56,938 bases of DNA from an uncultured Nitrosomonas sp. (GTDB lineage: Bacteria > Pseudomonadota > Gammaproteobacteria > Burkholderiales > Nitrosomonadaceae), in the NCBI GenBank assembly GCA_964421895.1, contig CAYQZF010000001.1:1-56938 (forward strand), written 5' to 3'. Below the pieces are notes generated by a model. It was not told the DNA's origin and did no database searches. It worked only from the letters and a program-made list of their open reading frames with translations. This document shows positions 31,366 to 41,445 of the stretch, piece by piece; position 1 is the first letter of the stretch; each line of letters opens with the position of its first letter. Made by a program: the position numbers and the translations under genes.

Positions 31366-32193
31366 ATGAAGCGAGGAATATTTTTATTTTGCATCCTATC
31401 TTTTTTTATTAGCAATGCTTTTGCACAAAAAGATAACCCAGATATAAAATCGCAAGCCGCGCTCGTATTTAATACTAAAAATGAGCGTGTTATCTATGAT
31501 AAAAATGCGGATAAGGTAATGCCAATCGCTTCCATTACCAAATTGATGACTGCAATGGTCACATTAGATGCACGATTGTCGCCAAATGAAAAAATTACTA
31601 TTACCAGTGCAGATGTCGATAAGCTCAAAAACTCATCATCGCGTTTACCTGTAGGCAGTACCTTTCCACGCCATGAGTTGTTACGATTGGCGTTGATGTC
31701 TTCTGAAAACCGTGCTGCAGCGGCACTTGGTCGCACCTATCCCGGTGGCATAAAAGCTTTTGTACAAGCCATGAATGTGAAAGCCAAGAAACTTGGCATG
31801 GTCAACAGCCGTTTTGTCGATACAACTGGCTTAAATAGCGGAAATGTCGCAACCGCACGCGATTTGGCCAGGCTAGTTGCAGCTTCGAATAATTATGCCG
31901 CGATTCGAGATTTTTCCACCACTACGCAACATTCCGTATCACCCGGAAATAAAAGGCAGTTACAGTACGTCAACTCCAATAGTCTAGTGCGCAATCAAAA
32001 TTGGGATATCGATGTTTCCAAAACCGGTTATCTGAGCGAAGCCGGACGTTGTTTAGTCATGCAGGCTAAAATCTCAGGGCAACCAATGGTCATTGTTTTA
32101 CTGAATTCTTGGGGTAAAAATACCCGTATTGGTGATGCCAACCGCGTCAAAAAGTGGATCGAAAGCAATCAAGGCCGCAGACAGCAAGTATAA
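31366..32193 (+). CDS. pbpG: D-alanyl-D-alanine endopeptidase (PBP7, peptidase S11)
   Basis: SxxK (ASITKL), SxN (SSEN), KTG (KTGY..EAGRCL), DANRVKKW. Confidence 0.88.
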   Translation: MKRGIFLFCILSFFISNAFAQKDNPDIKSQAALVFNTKNERVIYDKNADKVMPIASITKLMTAMVTLDARLSPNEKITITSADVDKLKNSSSRLPVGSTFPRHELLRLALMSSENRAAAALGRTYPGGIKAFVQAMNVKAKKLGMVNSRFVDTTGLNSGNVATARDLARLVAASNNYAAIRDFSTTTQHSVSPGNKRQLQYVNSNSLVRNQNWDIDVSKTGYLSEAGRCLVMQAKISGQPMVIVLLNSWGKNTRIGDANRVKKWIESNQGRRQQV

Positions 32194-32205
32194 ATTTAGC
32201 CAATT

Positions 32206-33711
32206 CTAAGTAAGCTGATAAATATCGCGATATTTGCCCTTCAAATAGTCAATGAAATAATCCGGATTCAGCTGCTCACCGGTTACACGCTCAACCAATT
32301 GTTGCGGTGTATAAAGTCTGCCTTGTCGATGAATTTTTTCATTGAGCCAATTTTTAACCGGCACAAAATTACCTTTGGCGATATTCTGCTCAGTACCGGG
32401 TTGTTCATTCAGCAACGCTCGATAGAACTGACATGCATACATCGCCCCTAAAGTGTACGAAGGAAAATATCCGAATGCACCGCTGCTCCAGTGCGAATCC
32501 TGCAATACGCCATAAGCGTCATCCGGTGGATTGATCCCCAGGTATTTTCGCATCAACTCATTCCAGATAAACGGTAAATCCCCAACCGGTATCGAACCGT
32601 CAAACAATCCTTTCTCAATTTCATACCGTAAAATAATATGCAGCGGATAGGTCACTTCATCCGCTTCAACCCGGATAAAATCCGGGTTGCAGACATTAAT
32701 CGCACGGTAAAAAGAATCCACGGTAACATGCTGTAAATTTTCCGGAAATACAGCACGGATCGAAGCGAAATAATACTGACAAAAAGGCTTGCTTTGGGCG
32801 ATCATGCGCTCCCAGAACAGCGACTGTGATTCATGTATACCCATCGTCAGCGATTCAGACACCGGCAAATCGCCTAGCTCATAGGGGCGCCCTTGTTCAT
32901 ACAGCGCATGTCCTGTTTCATGAATAACAGCATACAGCGATTCAATAAAACTACGCTCACTGTAGCGTGTAGTAATACGCACATCGGTTGGGTGGCTGCC
33001 ACCACAAAACGGATGTACCGATACATCCATGCGGCCCTGCTCAAAATCAAAGCCAATTTCGCGGCTGATCTTGCGCGCCAGTGCTTCCTGTTTATCCAGT
33101 GCAAACCGCCCCTGCAAAAACGAAGTATCCGGCTGATCCACATGATCCTGAATAGCCCGGATTAATGGAATCAATTCCGTTTTCAATCGCTCAAATAGCG
33201 GCGTGATCATATGCGTCGTCGTGCCGCGTTCGAACAGATCGATATTCGCATCATACGGATCGAGATCGGGCAATACATGCTGCGCCCATTCTTTTCTCAG
33301 ATGCAAGAAACGCTGCAATACCGGCGCAAAATCAGCAAACTTACTTTTCTGTCTCGCCACAACCCAAATACCATGCCCGCGCGAACTGAGTTCCGCAAGC
33401 TCCTGCACCAACCGCTTTGGCACTTTGGTTTCCAGTTCATAGCTGCGCAGTGCTTCATGGATATTGCATTGTTCCGCCTCGCCAAAATCCACGCATTTCA
33501 ACGCTGCCAATTCATTCAAGCAATCTCCCAATCCAGGATCAGTCATGCGTTCGTGAATCACACCCGCCAGCGCAGCGATTTGCTTGGCGCGTGCATCTGC
33601 GGCACCCGGCGGCATCATCACTTCCTGATCCCAGCCTAGCGTACTCATCACACCATTCAAATGAGAAATTTCTTCCAGTCTTTGTACTAAATTTTGATAA
33701 TGCGGATTCAT
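32206..33711 (-). CDS. Carboxypeptidase Taq family (peptidase M32)
   Basis: LGWDQEVMMP, HPFC, DVRITTRY, HETGH, HESQS, IRVEADE, GYFPSYTLG. Confidence 0.95.
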   Translation of the reverse strand: MNPHYQNLVQRLEEISHLNGVMSTLGWDQEVMMPPGAADARAKQIAALAGVIHERMTDPGLGDCLNELAALKCVDFGEAEQCNIHEALRSYELETKVPKRLVQELAELSSRGHGIWVVARQKSKFADFAPVLQRFLHLRKEWAQHVLPDLDPYDANIDLFERGTTTHMITPLFERLKTELIPLIRAIQDHVDQPDTSFLQGRFALDKQEALARKISREIGFDFEQGRMDVSVHPFCGGSHPTDVRITTRYSERSFIESLYAVIHETGHALYEQGRPYELGDLPVSESLTMGIHESQSLFWERMIAQSKPFCQYYFASIRAVFPENLQHVTVDSFYRAINVCNPDFIRVEADEVTYPLHIILRYEIEKGLFDGSIPVGDLPFIWNELMRKYLGINPPDDAYGVLQDSHWSSGAFGYFPSYTLGAMYACQFYRALLNEQPGTEQNIAKGNFVPVKNWLNEKIHRQGRLYTPQQLVERVTGEQLNPDYFIDYLKGKYRDIYQLT

Positions 33712-33833
33712 TCTTCTCTCGTTCCGGATTCGTTTATTGGCTTGCGTATACCTCTCAAGAAAGATTCTGGGGATAGCGCTAACATCACAAGCCCAGTATC
33801 ATAACAACTTTTTCACCCGTCACTCACACTGTC

Positions 33834-34277
33834 ATGCTCTGGATAAAATCACTGCATATCATTTTCATGGTCACCTGGTTCGCGGGACTTTTTTATCTGC
33901 CGCGGCTATTCGTTTACCACGCCATGTGCGAAGACCAGCCCGGCAAAGAACGTTTCAAGATCATGGAACGCAAACTTTATTACGGTATCATGACCCCCGG
34001 CGCCGTGCTGACTGTGGTGTTCGGTGTCTGGTTATGGATGGGTTACGGTTTCTCTGGCGATTGGCTGTATGCCAAAGTCTCCCTAGTTTTAATCTTGATC
34101 TATTACCACTACTATTGCGGAAAATACGTCAAAGCGTTTAAAAACGATGCCAATCAGCATGGTCATGTTTTTTACCGCTGGTTCAATGAATTTCCAGTGC
34201 TGATTTTGTTTGCAGTGGTCATTTTGGTGGTGGTTAAACCTGATTTAACCGAATGGTTTTCTGAGCTGATTAAATAA
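33834..34277 (+). CDS. hemJ: Protoporphyrinogen oxidase HemJ
   Basis: WIKSLHII...WFAGLFYLPRLFVYH, MERKL, RWFNEFP, LVVVKP. Confidence 0.92.
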   Translation: MLWIKSLHIIFMVTWFAGLFYLPRLFVYHAMCEDQPGKERFKIMERKLYYGIMTPGAVLTVVFGVWLWMGYGFSGDWLYAKVSLVLILIYYHYYCGKYVKAFKNDANQHGHVFYRWFNEFPVLILFAVVILVVVKPDLTEWFSELIK

Positions 34278-34309
34278 TTTAAGCCGTATAAAAACTAATA
34301 TGCGGCGTT

Positions 34310-37189
34310 CTACTTCAAAAAGAATTCATTAGCTGGTGCAGGTTTCCCGATGTAATAGCCCTGCGCGTAATCGATATCCATTTTTTCAATTAGCGACAGG
34401 ATCTCGGCACTTTCCACAAACTCCGCCGTGATTTTCTTGCCGAAACCGCGAGCCACACTGCACAGTGCGTTGACCAGAATCAGATCATCACTGCTTTCGG
34501 ACAAATTGCGGATAAACGAACCATCAATTTTGACGACATCGACCGGCAATTCCCGTAAATAATAAAAAGAAGAAAAACCGACACCGAAATCGTCCAGCAC
34601 AAAGCCGCAACCAAGCTCCTTAATTTCTATCATCAGCCCGCGCGCACCGGGCAAATCTTCCAGTGCTGCCGTTTCGGTGATTTCGAACATCACGCTGGCC
34701 GGATCCATTTTTTGTGAAGCCAATTCTTCCTTAAGGATTGGCAATAGCTCAGGATCGTTAAACGCATGCGCAGAGAGGTTGATTGAAAAACTAACCCTGA
34801 ATCCCGCTTGATAAATTTTAGCTACTTGCGCGATAGCTTTTCGCAACACCATGTGATCAATCGCATGAATTAATCCGGTATGCTCAGCAGCCGGGATAAA
34901 TTCTCCAGGTGACAATACCGAACCATCTTTATCCTGCATCCGCAACAACACCTCATAATGCGAAATTTCTTTGGTTTTTACCTGCATGATCGGTTGCAGA
35001 TAGAGCATAAAGTTATCATGCAAATGCGAATACTCGATTTTCTCTTTCCAATAAACCAACGTATGAATGCGCTCGCGGCTGCGATCTTTATCGGAGAACA
35101 GATACCAGGCGTTGCGCCCCATCGCTTTAGCCTGATACATCGCCAAATCCGCCGCAGCCAGTAAGTCATGAATGTTGGCACCATGCTCCGGAAATAAAGC
35201 GATACCGATACTGGCCGAAATTTTATGCGTGCGGTTGTTAATGGTTAATTGCGCTTGACCCAATTGATCCAATACTTTCTTCGCCACTTCGATGGCACCG
35301 CTGGCATTGATTTCCGGCAGGATGATTGCAAATTCATCGCCACCTAAACGGCCAGTGATATCATCCGCCCGGATCGTTTGGGCCAGCATGCTGGCCACCA
35401 TTTTCAGCAGCGTATCCCCCGCTTGATGACCGCTGATGTCATTGATGTATTTAAAACGATCGAGATCGAAAAATAACAACGCGCCAGGATGACGGTAACG
35501 CTCGGCACGACTGAGCACCTGCTCCAATTCGTCACTAAAACGCCGCCGGTTATACAAATTGGTCAACGGATCATGATCCGCCAGCCAAGCCAAGTGTCCT
35601 TCAACACGTTTATATTCGGTAACATCCAAACCTACGGATAAAATCGATGGATCATCCGCCGACTGCTGGCTAAGATGCGAATGCAACCAAGCGACATGCC
35701 GCGTTGAGCCATCTTTGCAATGGGTGATCGCTTCATGGCGCAGCTGCATTCTGTGTCCACTGTGAATTTCTTTGAAACGCGCCAGAAAATCCTGTGATTC
35801 ATATTCTGGAATCAGGATACTCAGGAAAGATTTCCCATGCAGCTCGTTTTCCGTGTAATGAGTTAGCATCTCACCATAGGCATTCAATGACATGATTTTA
35901 CCCTCGGCATTCTGTGTCAACACGATCGCCTGAGCGGTATCGAGTAGATTCTCGACAAAATCTCGTTCCCGGCTGAGCTCGTTTTTTTGCTCGATGAGCA
36001 TCTTGGTGCGCGTGGATACTTCCTGTTCCAGTTTTTCCAGCTGTAACGATAATGATACGGCTGCTTCCGAGAGCGTATCCACCTCATCCCTGAAACGCTG
36101 CACGCGATCGTTCGAAGCCAGTGACGAACGGAATTTCTCAAATTGCCCGTTAGCCAGCAATGGCAGAACAAAAGCCACATCTCTCAGTTTTGCAAGTAAG
36201 CGGGTAAAAACCAGGAATAGCAAAATTTCCGAGAAAATCAGCCCGAGCAAGCCGATCAATGCGATTTTCCAAATGGAATCATAAATATTATTGACCGCGG
36301 CAGTAACATCGGTAATCACGATCAGATGCGCTTTATCGGGTTCATACGAATCGAGCGGAAATAATTTTATTTGTAGGTACTGTTCGTTCCAGCGGATTTG
36401 AGTGCCATCGCTCAATGTGCTCAAATCCGGATGCAAATACGAGGTCTTTTTCAGAACCTCAAGATTCTTTTCCTTATTAGTCAATGCTGAAACATGGATA
36501 TTCCAATGTAAATAATCGGCGTCGTTCGGCAGCAGCAGATGATTCTGTTCCTTGATCAACAAACCGATGTCCGTACCTGCTATCCGTTTGAACGCCAGAA
36601 ACATGTCCGCCAGTGATACACCCATCACCACGACACCGGCTTTTTTTCCTTCCACCAATAAGGGCGCAACGATGTATTGAATACAGTTTTCCCGGCACAG
36701 CAACGGATTGATCGGCTTTTCCGATTGATTGACATGACTCACCCAAGTCAACATTAAACTATTTCCGTCAGTTTGGGCATCCAGATTATCCCAACTAGCG
36801 TTTAACTGATTTTTCGGATTATAAAAATGGATGAACTCAACGCCGTTGTGAAATTGCAACAACGCCCAGTGGGAATCGAATACTTTACTGATGCTCTCGC
36901 CATCATTGATCAGTAAGGCATTTTTCATTCCATCCAGAAATGGAATCATTTCTGCCAATTGATATAAATTCTGTGAAGTGTTCTTGATCAGACTGGTGAC
37001 TTCTCTGGAGTAACGCCGGTATTCGACTTCCCGTTGGTTATCGAAATTAGCCATTAACCCCAAGTAGCTGACGAAACTGAAAAGCATCACAACCGCTAGC
37101 AGAATCATGCTGCTACTCAACGAAATCTTCCATCTCAGGCTGCGGAATCTGCGGCTTTTATGGTTTAGCGCAATGGATATTTTTCCCAT
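34310..37189 (-). CDS. Membrane sensor (Cache-like periplasmic region)-PAS-GGDEF-EAL diguanylate cyclase/phosphodiesterase
   Basis: Two TM helices flanking a periplasmic region, then PAS, HDPLTNLYNRR, RADD I-site, RLGGDEF, EVLLR, DDFGVGFSS, KIDGSF and QGYY. Confidence 0.92.
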   Translation of the reverse strand: MGKISIALNHKSRRFRSLRWKISLSSSMILLAVVMLFSFVSYLGLMANFDNQREVEYRRYSREVTSLIKNTSQNLYQLAEMIPFLDGMKNALLINDGESISKVFDSHWALLQFHNGVEFIHFYNPKNQLNASWDNLDAQTDGNSLMLTWVSHVNQSEKPINPLLCRENCIQYIVAPLLVEGKKAGVVVMGVSLADMFLAFKRIAGTDIGLLIKEQNHLLLPNDADYLHWNIHVSALTNKEKNLEVLKKTSYLHPDLSTLSDGTQIRWNEQYLQIKLFPLDSYEPDKAHLIVITDVTAAVNNIYDSIWKIALIGLLGLIFSEILLFLVFTRLLAKLRDVAFVLPLLANGQFEKFRSSLASNDRVQRFRDEVDTLSEAAVSLSLQLEKLEQEVSTRTKMLIEQKNELSRERDFVENLLDTAQAIVLTQNAEGKIMSLNAYGEMLTHYTENELHGKSFLSILIPEYESQDFLARFKEIHSGHRMQLRHEAITHCKDGSTRHVAWLHSHLSQQSADDPSILSVGLDVTEYKRVEGHLAWLADHDPLTNLYNRRRFSDELEQVLSRAERYRHPGALLFFDLDRFKYINDISGHQAGDTLLKMVASMLAQTIRADDITGRLGGDEFAIILPEINASGAIEVAKKVLDQLGQAQLTINNRTHKISASIGIALFPEHGANIHDLLAAADLAMYQAKAMGRNAWYLFSDKDRSRERIHTLVYWKEKIEYSHLHDNFMLYLQPIMQVKTKEISHYEVLLRMQDKDGSVLSPGEFIPAAEHTGLIHAIDHMVLRKAIAQVAKIYQAGFRVSFSINLSAHAFNDPELLPILKEELASQKMDPASVMFEITETAALEDLPGARGLMIEIKELGCGFVLDDFGVGFSSFYYLRELPVDVVKIDGSFIRNLSESSDDLILVNALCSVARGFGKKITAEFVESAEILSLIEKMDIDYAQGYYIGKPAPANEFFLK

Positions 37190-37234
37190 TTAAGTCAAGT
37201 CCCGGAGCTACTTTCCATCAGAGTTACAGTTTTC

Positions 37235-38644
37235 CTAGAACCGGTAGGATGCTTGAATTGCAAAAAGATCCCAGTTCTTCACAGTATCCTGCGGGTTCGG
37301 ATTATCCAGCCGTGACAACCACCCGGTTCCATTCACATGATGATATTCGGCGCGCAGCATGAATTCCGGTGTTACATTCCAGCGTAAACCGATGGTGATG
37401 TCTCTGGCATAACGGGTATGTTCCAAACCCTGACGCATAGGACTCTGTGCAGCCCAATGATTTCCGCTTCGATCCGATCTATCGGTAAATAGTGCATCGT
37501 ACCGCACAATACCTTCCAATCTCGGGGTAAATCGATATTCCCCTTGGAAATAATAGCTTTCGCCATACAAATTCAGACCGTCCAGTATCTTAGAATTAAA
37601 ATTATCGTCATATTTAAGATGACGTATTGCATACTCAGAGGTCAATGTCCAGCGCTCCGTATTGTATTGTGCAGAAAAATAAATAGGTGTAAATTGAAAT
37701 GCCCCAGGCCCTATTGGATCATGGGATTTGCTTGAAGGATCATATGATGTATTTAACCATATTCCACTAATACCCAAGCGCAGACTTTTATCATTCGTTT
37801 CAAAAATTCCTCGACCAATATACGATACTTCCCGATTTAATTGTCCCATTGGTATAGTTCCGAGAATCGAAAGTTGTGTATCTTTATCACTCACGATTGG
37901 TAACCATACGCCAAATTGGGTAGAAATTGTACCTAGTCTGGTAACGGCAGTTTCGCCATATAATTGTACAGAATCTCCTGAAAGACCCAGGTTACGTGTA
38001 CGATCAAAATAAATAGATTGCGGCAACAATATGCTGGGACGCGTAAAAGCCACGTCCCGGGTTTCATTGTAAAAACCGAACGGATTCTTTATCCTGCCGA
38101 CGCGTATGCCAAATTGATTCGCTTCGTGAGAATACAAGCGGTAATCCAAGAATCCATAATCGAGCCGCGGCATACCCGTACTCCCCTCACCCGCACGACG
38201 CGACAACACCTGCGCCGACAATTGCAGTTTCGGCAAAGGCCGCACGGAAGCATTCAATCCGGCTTCAGTTAAACCAAAACTACCATCTTTATGACTATTG
38301 CCAAAAAAATTGTTATCCGAGGTCAAAATGTACCCTTGCGTGACAAAACCATGAATCTGCAAATCACCTGGACGATCGGTTGAACGTAACCACTTGATTG
38401 CGGTATCGACCACGCCCGGTTTTTCCTTGCTGCTCCCGGTTTCCGTCACTTCAACCGGCAGATCTCTTGCTTGTACCCATTTGACAGGCGCTTTAGCAGA
38501 TTCAGATTGTTTTTGTGATTGATCAAGCTGCTGCGCCTGAATGGAGACACTGGCGATGATCGACAGCACAGCCCCCCCTTTTATCAGCCGCTGAACAGAA
38601 TGGATTAAATAGTTACTTAATCTTGAGCACGTTAACATTTTCAT
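37235..38644 (-). CDS. Putative outer-membrane beta-barrel (porin-like) protein
   Basis: Signal peptide, alternating amphipathic strands (QIHGFVTQGY, LDYGFLDY, GRIKNPFGFYNETRDV), C-terminal aromatic signature ASYRF. Confidence 0.75.
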   Translation of the reverse strand: MKMLTCSRLSNYLIHSVQRLIKGGAVLSIIASVSIQAQQLDQSQKQSESAKAPVKWVQARDLPVEVTETGSSKEKPGVVDTAIKWLRSTDRPGDLQIHGFVTQGYILTSDNNFFGNSHKDGSFGLTEAGLNASVRPLPKLQLSAQVLSRRAGEGSTGMPRLDYGFLDYRLYSHEANQFGIRVGRIKNPFGFYNETRDVAFTRPSILLPQSIYFDRTRNLGLSGDSVQLYGETAVTRLGTISTQFGVWLPIVSDKDTQLSILGTIPMGQLNREVSYIGRGIFETNDKSLRLGISGIWLNTSYDPSSKSHDPIGPGAFQFTPIYFSAQYNTERWTLTSEYAIRHLKYDDNFNSKILDGLNLYGESYYFQGEYRFTPRLEGIVRYDALFTDRSDRSGNHWAAQSPMRQGLEHTRYARDITIGLRWNVTPEFMLRAEYHHVNGTGWLSRLDNPNPQDTVKNWDLFAIQASYRF

Positions 38645-39161
38645 TAATATTGGCTCTCCATAAATAACCTATTGCTCCCGGTGTGCTGGCGATCTTGGCC
38701 AGCATTTCTTCACTTGAGTTGACTTTAATCGGCGCTTGACCTGTGCCTGAGAATACTAGTCGATCCCAGGTAGATCGCAATTGATAAGGAAAAACATTTA
38801 GCTTCTCCTTGGAAACAACTTGATGTAACTGATCGTCATCGGATAGCACAAAAACTCTAATCTTGGTTCCGTCAGGCCAGGTCTTCAGATGCATACTGAA
38901 AATAGAACGGAGCGAATTAACCGAAAGGATTTTTTCGTTTACGCTTGGGTTGGTTACAATTTCGTAGTGATCACCCGCTTTGGCTTCACTCTCTACACCG
39001 CAAATACATAGCATTAGAGAAAAACACAAGCTGGTTCTGACCCTTAACCAATATCGCCTTGACAATCGAATTTGTATAAAGAAATGAAATAAGTTCAAGA
39101 AACAATTTCCGAGTTTAATGCTTTTCCTCGTTAACAGATAGAAATGGACTATATTTACCAC
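38613..39161 (-). CDS. Small periplasmic protein of the phosphate-binding-protein-like fold (single lobe)
   Basis: IVTNPSV, LRSIFS...WPDG, W.RLVFSGTG, ASTPGAIGYL. The true start is probably near 39065 (TTG) or 39014 (ATG). Confidence 0.7.
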   Translation of the reverse strand: MVNIVHFYLLTRKSIKLGNCFLNLFHFFIQIRLSRRYWLRVRTSLCFSLMLCICGVESEAKAGDHYEIVTNPSVNEKILSVNSLRSIFSMHLKTWPDGTKIRVFVLSDDDQLHQVVSKEKLNVFPYQLRSTWDRLVFSGTGQAPIKVNSSEEMLAKIASTPGAIGYLWRANINENVNVLKIK

Positions 39162-39900
39162 AATCTGTTACCACTTCCCATGCATCGCGATGTTCTTCGT
39201 ACATCCGATTTAATACATCTTCTACTCTCACATAATAAGCTTGGCGAATTCCATGATAATTAACGAGTGGGCCAGCTGGATTAAAGTTTAAACCATAAAA
39301 ACTTAATAATCTGTTCAGAGCAGGCTCCATACTTGATATCCAGTCTCTAATATTATATTTAACAGAAACGCGCATAACGCCCGCCATCAGTATTAATGCA
39401 ATGGGAGGAGTAGCACGACGATCGCCGGAGCGGCGCTCTTGAATATTTCTCTTATCGCTAGCAATCTCTACTGTTTGCCTACGTGGATCCTCTCCGCGGC
39501 GATCTACTTTACGCCGATCAAACTGACTGATGACAACAAATCGGGAAATTTCAGCAGCTTGCTGACGTGACAGTTTTTTTATATCAAAGAGTGTTGGATC
39601 CAATGGCGCATATGACTCGATTGGAAACAAATTCTCAGGATGCAATAAATCACATAAAACTAGCCTTACCGTACCGATGAAGTCTCCAGACGGACGGAAT
39701 CGTAAAAGAACGTGAGAAGAACGACTATCATAGCTGTCTTTTTCCAATTGATCTGGGTACAGAGAAGGATCGAACCCAGGAATACGTTTCTCTACACACA
39801 GCACTTGATAGCGGATTCTATAAACACACTCAAGCAGTTCAGCGGTATCTGCCACTACAATCTCAAAATATTTCTGAAAGTTTTGATAAAGCTCACTCAT
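39115..39900 (-). CDS. PEP-CTERM/exosortase system-associated acyltransferase (N-acyl amino acid synthase-like GNAT fold)
   Basis: VYRIRYQVLCVE, EKDSYD.RS.H.LL, GTVRLV, FPIE, AEISR, MEPAL.RLL..YG, GP.VNYHG.R. Confidence 0.82.
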   Translation of the reverse strand: MSELYQNFQKYFEIVVADTAELLECVYRIRYQVLCVEKRIPGFDPSLYPDQLEKDSYDSRSSHVLLRFRPSGDFIGTVRLVLCDLLHPENLFPIESYAPLDPTLFDIKKLSRQQAAEISRFVVISQFDRRKVDRRGEDPRRQTVEIASDKRNIQERRSGDRRATPPIALILMAGVMRVSVKYNIRDWISSMEPALNRLLSFYGLNFNPAGPLVNYHGIRQAYYVRVEDVLNRMYEEHRDAWEVVTDCGKYSPFLSVNEEKH

Positions 39901-40164
39901 AGAATATCCAGTTTGTTTTATTATTTATCCTAAAAGTAGCGATCTCAATCGATTAATAGCAATATTAAACAGCTTTTACGTTATGTCATCATTGAAAAAG
40001 CGCAAAATCTACAGCGTATTTCCTATTTTCAGTAATACACAACAAGGCTTTCCATTCAATAAGTAATATAAATTTACTGCAGCAGTCATTTAAGTATATT
40101 TAAAGCGAATATTCAACTGATCTTCATTATTTAGCAGCAGAATTACAACAATGCTAAGCGCTTG

Positions 40165-40188
40165 TGCACAATAAACAACAATTGTGCG
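40165..40188. repeat. Short inverted repeat downstream of the decarboxylase
   Basis: GCACAAT-N8-ATTGTGC; no U-tract. Confidence 0.35.
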
Positions 40189-40209
40189 CAGAACGATGAA
40201 ATTTATGGA

Positions 40210-41445
40210 TTAAATCAATACTTCGACGGGTGCCGGATGACTTAGGAATGCCGTTGGACTGGCAGTCAAGCCGTAGGCACCCGACTGTAGCACGACAACC
40301 AAATCGCCTGCGGCTGCTTTGGCCATCGGCAATTGATCAGCCAACACATCCAATGGTGTACACAAAGGCCCCACGACGGAAGCCACCTCCCTTTCCGCAC
40401 CTCGGACTTTATTGCCGATCATGACCGGATAGTTTTTGCGGATCACTTGCCCGAAATTACCGGAAGCGGCCAGATGATGATGCAATCCGCCATCCGTAAT
40501 GAGAAAGATTTGTCCGCGCGACACCTTGCGCTCGAGCACCCGGCACACATAAATCCCGGCTTCCGCAACGATATACCGGCCTAATTCGAGCGCAATCCGG
40601 GTACCCGGCAACTGCCGCTGAACTTCGGGTATCAAGCGCTGCAAATTTTCGCCGATAGCGGCGAGGTTCAATGCTCTTTCTCCAGGAAAATACGGCACGC
40701 CGAAACCGCCGCCGATATTCAGCAGCCGCACCGGCGCCGGTGCATGATCGGCCAGCCGGATAGCAAGCTGTAATGTTCTTTCGTGCGACTCTTGTAGCGC
40801 GGCTGCATGCAAATTCTGCGAGCCGCTGAAGATGTGAAAGCCGGTAAAATCCAACTCAAGCGCGGCCAGCCGTTTCAACACATCCGGTACGCACTCTGCG
40901 TCGATGCCGAACGGCTTGGATCCACCGCCCATTTTCATTCCGGAAGATTTGAGTTCAAAATCCGGGTTAACACGGATGGCTACTTGAGGTGTAATCCCCA
41001 GATTCATTCCCAGTTGCGCAACCGTTTCCAATTCCTGCGCAGATTCGACATTCAACATCACACCTGCTGCAATCGCGCTGCGCAACTCGTGCGCCCTTTT
41101 TCCCGGTCCGGCAAAACTGATTTTATCCGGCGGCAGAACAGTATCCAGCGCCACGCACATTTCCCCCTTGGAAGCGACATCCAAACCATCGACCAAACCC
41201 GCCACATGTTGCACCACGGCCGGCATCGGGTTGGCTTTCATCGCATAATGCAACAAGACTTCTTGCGGCAGCAACTGCCGCAACAATGCAATCCGCTCGC
41301 TGATTTTTTGCCGGTCGTAAGCGTAAAACGGTGTGCTGCCGACCCGTTGCGCCAGCCGGGTCAAGGACATGCCGCCGATTTGCAGACAATCATCTTGCAC
41401 AGCGAACTGTACCAGCGGGGCATGCTCTGGAAGTGCGGTGCTCAC
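40210..41445 (-). CDS. PLP-dependent decarboxylase, exosortase A system-associated (DAP decarboxylase/BtrK-like fold)
   Basis: TPFYAYD, YAMKANP (PLP Lys), DVAS.GE, HIFSGSQ, NIGGGFG, ELGRY, GPLCTPLD, GAYG. The GTG start overlaps the ligase TGA (GTGA at 41442-41445). Confidence 0.88.
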   Translation of the reverse strand: MSTALPEHAPLVQFAVQDDCLQIGGMSLTRLAQRVGSTPFYAYDRQKISERIALLRQLLPQEVLLHYAMKANPMPAVVQHVAGLVDGLDVASKGEMCVALDTVLPPDKISFAGPGKRAHELRSAIAAGVMLNVESAQELETVAQLGMNLGITPQVAIRVNPDFELKSSGMKMGGGSKPFGIDAECVPDVLKRLAALELDFTGFHIFSGSQNLHAAALQESHERTLQLAIRLADHAPAPVRLLNIGGGFGVPYFPGERALNLAAIGENLQRLIPEVQRQLPGTRIALELGRYIVAEAGIYVCRVLERKVSRGQIFLITDGGLHHHLAASGNFGQVIRKNYPVMIGNKVRGAEREVASVVGPLCTPLDVLADQLPMAKAAAGDLVVVLQSGAYGLTASPTAFLSHPAPVEVLI

